64,000 bases of DNA, from NCBI GenBank assembly GCA_009995365.1, contig JAACPR010000003.1, forward strand, positions 405-64,404. The letters run 5' to 3'. Position 1 is the first letter of the stretch. Each line of letters starts with the position of its first letter. The position numbers and the translations under genes were made by a program. The notes under the pieces are model-generated. The model saw only the letters and a program-made list of their open reading frames with translations, was not told the origin of the DNA and did no database searches. This stretch comes from Candidatus Parcubacteria bacterium (GTDB lineage: Bacteria > Patescibacteriota > Minisyncoccia > Phycocordibacterales > JAACPR01). Positions 56,830 through 64,000 of this stretch are shown here, piece after piece.

Positions 56830-57257
56830 GTAGAAAAGATTCAATCAATGAGCGTCAAAGCAAAATCAGGGATGCACTTCTTGATCAGTTAAGGCGTACG
56901 CCAACGCTTGAAACCTCTTGTCAGAAGGTTGGTATTTCTCGTGCGAGCGTGTATAGGTGGATTGCAGGCAGTAAGAAGTTTGAGCGACAAGTTGATGAAG
57001 CATTAAATGACGGACGGAAATTCATGTCTGATATCGCTGAAAACCAACTCTTCTCTCTCATTGGTGACAAAAAAATAGAAGCTATCCGTTTGTATCTCTC
57101 AACTCATAATCCTCGATACAGCAACAAGCTTGAACTATCAGGAAGTGTTGAGACAAAAGAGAAACCACTTACGAAAGAAGAGAAAAAGCACATCCGTGCC
57201 GCCCTCAAACTTTCATCACTACGCAAACATGCCAAGTTTAAAGATACAAAGGAATAG
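56826..57257 (+). CDS. Terminase small subunit-like HTH protein
   Basis: HTH (TSCQKVGISRASVYRWIAGSKKF) immediately upstream of and overlapping the large terminase. Confidence 0.5.
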   Translation: MSRKDSINERQSKIRDALLDQLRRTPTLETSCQKVGISRASVYRWIAGSKKFERQVDEALNDGRKFMSDIAENQLFSLIGDKKIEAIRLYLSTHNPRYSNKLELSGSVETKEKPLTKEEKKHIRAALKLSSLRKHAKFKDTKE

Positions 57258-58689
57258 TGATGAGGATATCTTTGAGAAAATTCTTACAGATCAGGTCGTA
57301 AGAAAGCATACTGTACAAAATAGTTTTGAATTCTTCTTCCCGATATATTTTCATCAATACATGGAATATGAGACAGCACCCTTTCATGAGGAGATGTTTC
57401 GTATTCTTGAAGACGAGCAAATCAAGCTTGCGGTTTTTGTTGCATTCCGTGGATCAGCAAAATCAACCATCATCTCAACGGCATATGTCCTGTGGTCTAT
57501 TCTCGGAATTCAGCAACGAAAACTTATTGTCATTTGTGGTCAGACTGAACAGAAAGCACGGCAGTATCTTTTGAACATCAAGAGTCAACTTTTAAATAAC
57601 GAACTACTGAGAAAAGACCTCGGACCATTTGAAGAAGAAAAGAATAATCTCGGTAATGCCACTGCTCTTATTATCAAGCGACTCAATGTGAAGATAATGA
57701 TTAGCTCGGTTGAGCAAAGTATCCGTGGTATGCGACACGATCAATACAGACCAGACCTTATTATTCTTGATGACATCGAAGATACTAATTCAGTAAAAAC
57801 ACGAGCTGGGCGTGACAAGACATTTAATTGGCTTGTGAGTGAGGTTATTCCCGCAGGAACAAAGAAAACTCGCATTATTGCTGTGGGTAATCTTCTACAT
57901 GAAGATTCTGTATTGAAACGTCTGCAAAAGCGTATTGAAGGCGATGAAATGAGGCGTATCAAATCAGTCTATCGAGAATACCCAATCGTAGATGGAAAAG
58001 GTAATCCTTTGTGGCCCGGCAAGTATCCGACCATTGAAGACGTTGAGGCTGAAAGAGAAAAGACCATGAATGAGGTCGCATGGTTTCGTGAGTATATGCT
58101 CCAGATTATTACTACAGACGAGCAAATCGTATCTCCTGAATGGATCACATTTTATGACAAGATGCCTGCGGATGGATTCAGAAGTATCTGTATCGGTATT
58201 GATTTGGCGGTAAGTGAAAAAGATTCTGCTGATTGTACTGCTATTGTTGTTGCATATGTATACGGCACAGGAAAAAACATGAAAATCTATATTCAAAAAC
58301 ATCCCTACAACAAGAGAAGTTCATTTCCTGTACATGCAGAATTTATTAAAGCATTAGTAGCAACTGAAAAGTTAAAGCATAACCGAGTAAAGTTGTATGT
58401 TGAAGATGTTGGATATCAAAAGGCATTGATTCAATTCTTTGAAAGCCAAAAATATGACATTGAAGGGGTACCTACTGGTAGAAATGACAAAGGTGCACGA
58501 TTGCGACTTACAACTCCACTATTAAAGGATGGGAGGATTCTATTCCCTGAAAGTGGGTGTGAGGAATTAATTGATCAACTCCTTGGATTTGGAAAGGAAA
58601 AACACGATGATCTAGCTGACGCTTTTTCTATCGTGGTTCTTAAAATCATTGAGAACAATCCAGTTGCGGGTGGAATATTATTTGGTTAG
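57229..58689 (+). CDS. Phage terminase large subunit. The track ORF starts at 57130, but the likely start is MPSLK at 57229.
   Basis: ATPase Walker A VAFRGSAKST, Walker B LIILDD, and a C-terminal RNase-H-like nuclease region (ICIGIDLAVSEKDSADCTA...). Typical TerL. Confidence 0.7.
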   Translation: MPSLKIQRNSDEDIFEKILTDQVVRKHTVQNSFEFFFPIYFHQYMEYETAPFHEEMFRILEDEQIKLAVFVAFRGSAKSTIISTAYVLWSILGIQQRKLIVICGQTEQKARQYLLNIKSQLLNNELLRKDLGPFEEEKNNLGNATALIIKRLNVKIMISSVEQSIRGMRHDQYRPDLIILDDIEDTNSVKTRAGRDKTFNWLVSEVIPAGTKKTRIIAVGNLLHEDSVLKRLQKRIEGDEMRRIKSVYREYPIVDGKGNPLWPGKYPTIEDVEAEREKTMNEVAWFREYMLQIITTDEQIVSPEWITFYDKMPADGFRSICIGIDLAVSEKDSADCTAIVVAYVYGTGKNMKIYIQKHPYNKRSSFPVHAEFIKALVATEKLKHNRVKLYVEDVGYQKALIQFFESQKYDIEGVPTGRNDKGARLRLTTPLLKDGRILFPESGCEELIDQLLGFGKEKHDDLADAFSIVVLKIIENNPVAGGILFG

Positions 58690-58931
58690 TTCTCGGTACT
58701 TTTATTTTGACTATCTTGAGTTTTGTTTAAAGCTCTATCAAACATCTTTTCCATACGGTTTTGCATCTTATTTATGATGGGGGTCATAATGAATTTAACT
58801 TCTTTCATATAGAATTCTGCACCTTTCTTTGAGTCACCGTTAAAAACTCCGTAGATAACAGCAAGTATTACTGCACCAATCAATAATGCTCTTAAAATCT
58901 TTTTAGGTATGTTAAAGCTCCAATCATCCAT
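58686..58931 (-). CDS. Small membrane protein, hypothetical
   Basis: ORF of 81 aa with one transmembrane helix. Confidence 0.35.
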   Translation of the reverse strand: MDDWSFNIPKKILRALLIGAVILAVIYGVFNGDSKKGAEFYMKEVKFIMTPIINKMQNRMEKMFDRALNKTQDSQNKSTEN

Positions 58932-58932
58932 G

Positions 58933-59502
58933 TTAGTGAAATCTTAAACCACTCCTTTTTAGTTCTTCCTTAATCTCTAGATAATCAGGCATGGCTTTGG
59001 CTACCAGATTCCAAAACTTCTGAGAGTGGTTAAATTGTCCGAGATGACAGAGTTCGTGTACGACTATGTACTCAGCGAGACGTTCAGGTAGCAACGCAAT
59101 CTTATAGTTGAAATTGAGATTACCTTTTTTAGAACAGCTACCCCAGCGAGTCTTCTGGTTTTTGATATTAATTTTATTAAAGGAAAACTTGTATATCTTG
59201 TTGAATTTTTTGACCTTTTCCTCAGCCAAGACCAGAGCCTGTTCTTTATATTTTTGATACTCAACATTGGTATTTTTCTTTTTGAATACATCAGCAAACT
59301 GACTAAAGTAATCTAATTTATCGATGACCCATTGAGATCGCTGTATGATGAATTTCTCAATAACAGAAACATCAACATTTCTAGGGGTGGTCACAATAAA
59401 AGCACCGTCACAATAAATTGCGAGGCGGAGTCTTTTTGCTCGCTTACTTACCTTGAGCGTATATGGAACTTTTCTTTTGTGAAGTTCTATATGCTTTTTC
59501 AT
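58933..59502 (-). CDS. YgjP-like (DUF45/M48-family) metal-dependent hydrolase
   Basis: HELCHLGQFNHSQKFW motif. This family is commonly encoded next to type I hsdR. Confidence 0.7.
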   Translation of the reverse strand: MKKHIELHKRKVPYTLKVSKRAKRLRLAIYCDGAFIVTTPRNVDVSVIEKFIIQRSQWVIDKLDYFSQFADVFKKKNTNVEYQKYKEQALVLAEEKVKKFNKIYKFSFNKINIKNQKTRWGSCSKKGNLNFNYKIALLPERLAEYIVVHELCHLGQFNHSQKFWNLVAKAMPDYLEIKEELKRSGLRFH

Positions 59503-59504
59503 AA

Positions 59505-62417
59505 TTAGAATTTTTTAATTACCACATCAATGAGTCGGTTTAGGTATTTGTGGAAGTCAGAAATCTGAATCTTGCCTTTGTAATCCTTGAGGATTAATTC
59601 TTGTAGTGTTCTCTTTGCTTCTTTGATAAATTCTTCACGCTTTGAAGAATCTTGCCATCCTTCATCGAGCACATCTTCTAGTCGAGATGACATTTCCTTG
59701 ATGAATTCTTTGATAACAGTTTTATCAGATTCACCAATAAACTCCTCAGAAATAACAAACAGTCCGTATTCGTGAAGTGAGTATCCTAGTTCCTTAGCTT
59801 CTTCTGTCTTTGTCTTAATGTCATTAAGCAACTCGTAATATCGCTTGATACGCTCAGCGAGATCAATCTGATGTTTTTCAAATTCTTGTCTGATAGAAGT
59901 TAGTCGTTCCCCAAAACCTTTAAATGCAGGGTGAGTATCTATGTTAATAGATATTTCACGCTTAAGCATTTTCTCAAGGTTGAGAGCCTTGTCTTCTTCA
60001 GGAAGCTTGTCCAACTTATTAAGTGTTGCAAGGTCATGAACTGACAACTCACGGAAGTTTTTAGTGATTCCTTCGTAATCGATTTTGTCTTGAATAAGGT
60101 TTTTGATCTTCTCTCCATATTCGGCAAGAGAAAACGCATCAACTCCTTCTGGTTGAAATTCCTTACTAAAAGCAAGGTAGAAGCTAGTGATCCATTCAAA
60201 CTTTCGCAAGTACTCAATAAGGAATGGGTCAGGAGAAAGTATCTCAAACAACATCTTTAGGCGACTGTACTTATCTTTAAAGAATTGTTGTTTGCTCTGA
60301 TTGTCGATAAATATCTTTAGACATCGACGAAGATTATCGATTGAAGGGTCTTCGATATTAACTCCTTCAAATAGACTCATGACTTCATCGAGTACTTTTT
60401 TGAAGTCCTCCTTCAGTCTCTCGATGTTTATCATTGCACTATCAACAACACTCTCATCAAAGTTGAGTGCGTCATAAAGGTTTTTTGTCACACCATAATA
60501 ATCAATAATCTTTCCACATCCTTTATTTGGATAGACTCGATTAGTACGAGCAATAGCCTGAAGAAGATTATGATCTCGTAATGGCTTATCGAGATACATA
60601 ACCTGTTCAACAGGTGCATCAAAACCAGTCAAAAGCATGTCACAGACCAATAGGAATTTTAGAGGATGAGATGGGTCTTTGAATTGCTCAATGATTTTCT
60701 CTCTCTTCTGTTTATTAGTGTTGTATTTCTTAAGATCATCACTATCACTATTTGGATCCGCCGGAGAATACACTACCTCAGACCATTCAGACGGCACAAG
60801 CTTGTCTAGTAGGTCTTTATACTTTGCTGTCGCTTCACGGTCATAACATACAATCTGTGCTTTAAATCCATTAGGCATGACGTAGAGCTTGTAATGTTCA
60901 ACAATATCTTGTATGACAGCCTCCATTCGCTTCTCTAACTTTACAAGTGCTTCTTTCTTTCCGTATCTCTTTGTAAGAAGTTCTTTTTGTTCCTTACTAA
61001 GTTCAGCGGTCAGTTCATTAAATTTCTTATCTACGGTTTCCTCATCAATAAAGAATTTTGATAGCCGTGCCTCGTATGTAACAGGTAAAGTAGCACCATC
61101 ATCAATGGCTTGCTGAATTGAATAGTAGTCTAGATATCGCTCTCCCTCTTCACCAAAGTTACGATGAGTGTTGATCGTCAACTTATCAATAGGAGTTCCT
61201 GTAAATCCAAAGAAGAACGCATCCTTGAATGCATTACGCATTTTGATAGCAGATATACCTTCGTTGTCTCGATGGGCTTCATCAGATAAAACAATCACAT
61301 TGCCATCGATACTTTCTATTTCCTCAAGCTCTGTAAATTTCTGAATAGTTGAAATGAAGATACCTCGGTCAGCCCCTTTGATTTTCTTTTCAAGGTCTTT
61401 GCGAGACTCAACACGAATAAGATTTTGACCACCCCATGCTTCAAACTCTTCAAATACCTGATCATCAAGATCAATACGGTCGATAAGGATAAATACTTTT
61501 GGGTTCTTTAGTTCAGGAGCATAGCGAAGCTTCCATGCAGTGAAAAACATAGTAAGGGTCTTTCCTGATCCTTGTGTATGCCAAATCAGACCTTTCTTAT
61601 AGTCGCCATCTTCAACTCGCTGAACAATTTTATTGGTTGCATAAAGTTGCTGATAGCGAGCAATCTTTTTTGTGATTCCGTCCTTTTTCTTTTCAAAAAC
61701 AATAAAGTTCTTCAGGATATCGAGAAGCTGTTCTTTTCCAAATAGGAAGTAGAGGGTTGAATCTAATTCATCCTCAAACATCTTTGGCTCATTATGTGGA
61801 TCTTCTCGCCAAGTCAAAAAGTATTGCTTTGGAGAATAGGTTGCTCCGTAGACAGTCTTAAGTCCATCGGTCGCAATGTTGAAACAGTTTGGCAAGAATA
61901 GCTTGGAGGCAACTTTTTCGTATCGCTTAATCTGATCAATAGCATTCTCAAAACTTACTGAGCTAGAAGCGGTAGGGCTTTTAGCCTCAATATCAGATAC
62001 TGGTAAGCCGTTAAGGAATATCATTACATCAGGACGGATGTTCTCTGTCGTACCTTCAAAATAGAACTGGCTTGTTACAACAAATCGATTGTTGTCAGGG
62101 TTTGTAAAATCAACAATTTGAAAATCACGGTTCTTGCCAGTGGCAGGATCCTTGAGGTTAACCCCGTTTCGCATTGCAAAAAGAAATGCTTCGTTGGTAT
62201 CCAGTTTCTTTATTTCTCGAACAACACTTAAAGCCAAATTTTCATCAATGCCGTTTATTTTCTGAACAGACTCTAGTAAATGAGAAGTAATTATGAACTC
62301 GTTTTCAAAAGTACGAAGCTTTGAAAATTCTTCGGCAGGAATAAATTCATAGCCAAGATTTTCTTGGATGAATTTAATGATATGTTTTTCTATTGTATAT
62401 AATTCGTTGAATTTCAT
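59505..62417 (-). CDS. hsdR: Type I restriction enzyme R subunit
   Basis: 970 aa. Helicase motifs HTQGSGKTLTMF and VLSDEAHR, with N-terminal nuclease and C-terminal helical domains. Confidence 0.9.
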   Translation of the reverse strand: MKFNELYTIEKHIIKFIQENLGYEFIPAEEFSKLRTFENEFIITSHLLESVQKINGIDENLALSVVREIKKLDTNEAFLFAMRNGVNLKDPATGKNRDFQIVDFTNPDNNRFVVTSQFYFEGTTENIRPDVMIFLNGLPVSDIEAKSPTASSSVSFENAIDQIKRYEKVASKLFLPNCFNIATDGLKTVYGATYSPKQYFLTWREDPHNEPKMFEDELDSTLYFLFGKEQLLDILKNFIVFEKKKDGITKKIARYQQLYATNKIVQRVEDGDYKKGLIWHTQGSGKTLTMFFTAWKLRYAPELKNPKVFILIDRIDLDDQVFEEFEAWGGQNLIRVESRKDLEKKIKGADRGIFISTIQKFTELEEIESIDGNVIVLSDEAHRDNEGISAIKMRNAFKDAFFFGFTGTPIDKLTINTHRNFGEEGERYLDYYSIQQAIDDGATLPVTYEARLSKFFIDEETVDKKFNELTAELSKEQKELLTKRYGKKEALVKLEKRMEAVIQDIVEHYKLYVMPNGFKAQIVCYDREATAKYKDLLDKLVPSEWSEVVYSPADPNSDSDDLKKYNTNKQKREKIIEQFKDPSHPLKFLLVCDMLLTGFDAPVEQVMYLDKPLRDHNLLQAIARTNRVYPNKGCGKIIDYYGVTKNLYDALNFDESVVDSAMINIERLKEDFKKVLDEVMSLFEGVNIEDPSIDNLRRCLKIFIDNQSKQQFFKDKYSRLKMLFEILSPDPFLIEYLRKFEWITSFYLAFSKEFQPEGVDAFSLAEYGEKIKNLIQDKIDYEGITKNFRELSVHDLATLNKLDKLPEEDKALNLEKMLKREISINIDTHPAFKGFGERLTSIRQEFEKHQIDLAERIKRYYELLNDIKTKTEEAKELGYSLHEYGLFVISEEFIGESDKTVIKEFIKEMSSRLEDVLDEGWQDSSKREEFIKEAKRTLQELILKDYKGKIQISDFHKYLNRLIDVVIKKF

Positions 62418-62418
62418 G

Positions 62419-63561
62419 TTATTTGGTTCTTACTTTTCCACTCAAGAGATCTGCCATTAACCCTTGCTTAAGCTCTGATAATTTAAATTTTAAGTTTTCG
62501 CTAATTAATATCTTGTTATCAATAGAAGAAATAATCTCGGCTATTTTATGTTGTTTTTCTAAATCAGGAACTGGGATAAAGGTATCTCTGATAACAGCTT
62601 GCGATATATTCGGTTGAGCAGCACCAGTTGCTTGATTAACAAAATCTTTTGTTATCGTCAGTAAAAATTGATACAAAAATTCTGGATAAAATTTGTCATT
62701 CGGCAAAACTCCACAAATTGCTTGATTCGTTGAGGATTCAAAATCTAATAAACCAACCTGTCCTGCGGTTGCACCATACATTGCAATAAGAATTGTATTA
62801 CGAGGAAATACTTTTGCTGATGAGTCTTCCAAAGCCTGTTTTGTAATAAATTGTTTTGATGTGCTTACATGACCCTGACGAACTTCACCGCTTGTTAACC
62901 AAGGGATTGTTCCATTTTCGTAGTATTCTCGCTTACTTTTTAGCGGAGTCCCTCCAGAACTAGTTACGCAAACATCTCCGAGTCTTACCCATTTCTCATT
63001 TTTCTCATTTATATACTCAGAAAAAATCTTATGAGTAAGGGATGTCTTGAGTCTTTTGGTTGCATTAATAATTTCACTAATTTTAGTAATATTGTCATCA
63101 ACCGCACTCAAAATATCTGCTATCTTCCTCTGTTCTTTAATTGAAGGAATGACGATATCTAGTTCTTGGTATTGCGAAATGTAATGTCGCTTATGGTTAG
63201 CGATTGGGAAAGTAAAAGATTTCATGATCTCATAAACAAATTTGAGGTCTGTGTTCTGGTCTCGGTTCGTGAGAATTTTTATTGCGGAAGATTTTACCTT
63301 AAATGGGAAATCGACATATTTACTATCAGTAGTAAAATCATCAAAAATAATTGCGGGAGTATCCGTATACACACCATCAGTTTCGTTTGTGTAACCTAAA
63401 ACAAAAGACTTGTTAGCTGTGAGTACAGCCGTCTTTCCTGTAGTGGTGTAACTTGAGCTTTCAACAATATATTTTGTTGGTTGCTCAAAATCCAAAAGAT
63501 CCTTAATCTTCTTTACGCTCCAATCCTTAGGAATATTCTTTTGTAATAAGTTAGTCTTCAT
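62419..63561 (-). CDS. hsdS: Type I restriction-modification specificity subunit (two target-recognition domains)
   Basis: Duplicated target-recognition-domain architecture with conserved central and C-terminal helices (LSELKQGLMADLLSGKVR). Confidence 0.85.
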   Translation of the reverse strand: MKTNLLQKNIPKDWSVKKIKDLLDFEQPTKYIVESSSYTTTGKTAVLTANKSFVLGYTNETDGVYTDTPAIIFDDFTTDSKYVDFPFKVKSSAIKILTNRDQNTDLKFVYEIMKSFTFPIANHKRHYISQYQELDIVIPSIKEQRKIADILSAVDDNITKISEIINATKRLKTSLTHKIFSEYINEKNEKWVRLGDVCVTSSGGTPLKSKREYYENGTIPWLTSGEVRQGHVSTSKQFITKQALEDSSAKVFPRNTILIAMYGATAGQVGLLDFESSTNQAICGVLPNDKFYPEFLYQFLLTITKDFVNQATGAAQPNISQAVIRDTFIPVPDLEKQHKIAEIISSIDNKILISENLKFKLSELKQGLMADLLSGKVRTK

Positions 63562-63563
63562 AA

Positions 63564-63998
63564 TTAGTCATGTGTTTTTACTACCTCAAAATCGTGTATC
63601 GCATCTTTTAGGGCCACAGCACGGTCAATGTATGTATTGTGGTTGGCGATAAAATCTTCCCATTTAACTGGATGTGCATAGGAATGGTCCCACCCATGGT
63701 GGTGATATCCGTAGCAGGTATCACACAGTGAATGATTCTTATCTTTCCTGTTGAACATATTATTCTTTATGATGTTAAAGAAGTTTTGAGTTTGCCAACT
63801 TCGAACACCACAAGGTCTATCGATTACCGCATGATCGTAACTACCGTTACTATCTGGTAATGCGACTAAAATTAGACCATTTGTCCAACTTGTTTTTTCT
63901 CCACGTTGTTGAACTCGCAAAGAATAAGAAATCTCATTTGGAATCCATTGTTCTTCTTGAGGTTCGTAAGCATCAATCATGTTTGGAGAGAGAAGCAC
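63564..63998 (-). CDS. Hypothetical Cys/His-rich protein immediately upstream of hsdS. It may continue beyond the window edge.
   Basis: ...DRPCGVRSW...CDTCYGYHHHGWDHSYAHP... The start at 63998 is 2 nt from the window end. It does not look like HsdM. Confidence 0.3.
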   Translation of the reverse strand: MLLSPNMIDAYEPQEEQWIPNEISYSLRVQQRGEKTSWTNGLILVALPDSNGSYDHAVIDRPCGVRSWQTQNFFNIIKNNMFNRKDKNHSLCDTCYGYHHHGWDHSYAHPVKWEDFIANHNTYIDRAVALKDAIHDFEVVKTHD

Positions 63999-64000
63999 GA

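Noticed and set aside
1-64000. Alternative genetic code (UGA recoded, as in Gracilibacteria/Absconditabacteria)
   Set aside because: Dozens of long essential genes (fusA, tuf, secY, ftsH, recG, hsdR) are intact under the standard code with no need for internal UGA sense codons. The single in-frame TGA at 23497 is a local oddity.
1-64000. CRISPR array
   Set aside because: No short direct repeats with unique spacers were seen. The island repeats are about 150 bp, are separated by genes, and carry a coding-like signal.

Overview
This window is AT-rich (about one third GC), gene-dense, and looks like a Patescibacteria/CPR-type bacterial genome. The backbone is a ribosomal-protein super-operon: rpmB, rpsL-rpsG-fusA, tuf-rpsJ-rplCDWB-rpsS-rplV-rpsC-rplP-rpmC-rpsQ-rplNXE-rpsZ-rpsH-rplFR-rpsE-rplO-secY, then adk-map. 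No L30 gene is present. Other housekeeping genes are ndk, infC-rpmI-rplT (minus strand), tmRNA+smpB, ftsH, recG and a tRNA with anticodon UAU. The conserved operons are interrupted by accessory insertions:
- A type-IV-pilin-like gene sits between rpsG and fusA.
- A complete diversity-generating retroelement (DGR) plus a DinJ/YafQ toxin-antitoxin pair sits between fusA and tuf. The DGR has a target gene with a C-terminal variable repeat, a template repeat whose differences from the variable repeat are all at adenines, an Avd-like gene on the opposite strand, and a reverse transcriptase with the GNLTSQ motif.
- A membrane-protein gene with its own terminator and promoter sits between rplB and rpsS.
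- A 1107-aa Cys-rich surface protein sits between secY and adk.
At 37.5-42.4 kb there is a recombination-prone island of small genes punctuated by a roughly 150-bp repeat family found here for the first time as far as I can tell. The repeat carries a conserved mini-ORF and a palindromic box. The island also holds a pilin-C-type-lectin fusion gene, one intact IS30 element and an IS30 end remnant. At 53-64 kb there is a phage-derived/defence module: HNH endonuclease, ParB-DNA-methyltransferase fusion, a second methyltransferase, small and large terminase subunits, then a YgjP-like peptidase with type I restriction hsdR and hsdS. hsdM is not in the window. Several structured non-coding elements are noted: two terminator-embedded conserved RNA cores with covarying stems, a palindromic element after fusA, a promoter-to-terminator small RNA candidate at 32.4 kb, and a highly structured leader upstream of the DGR target gene.
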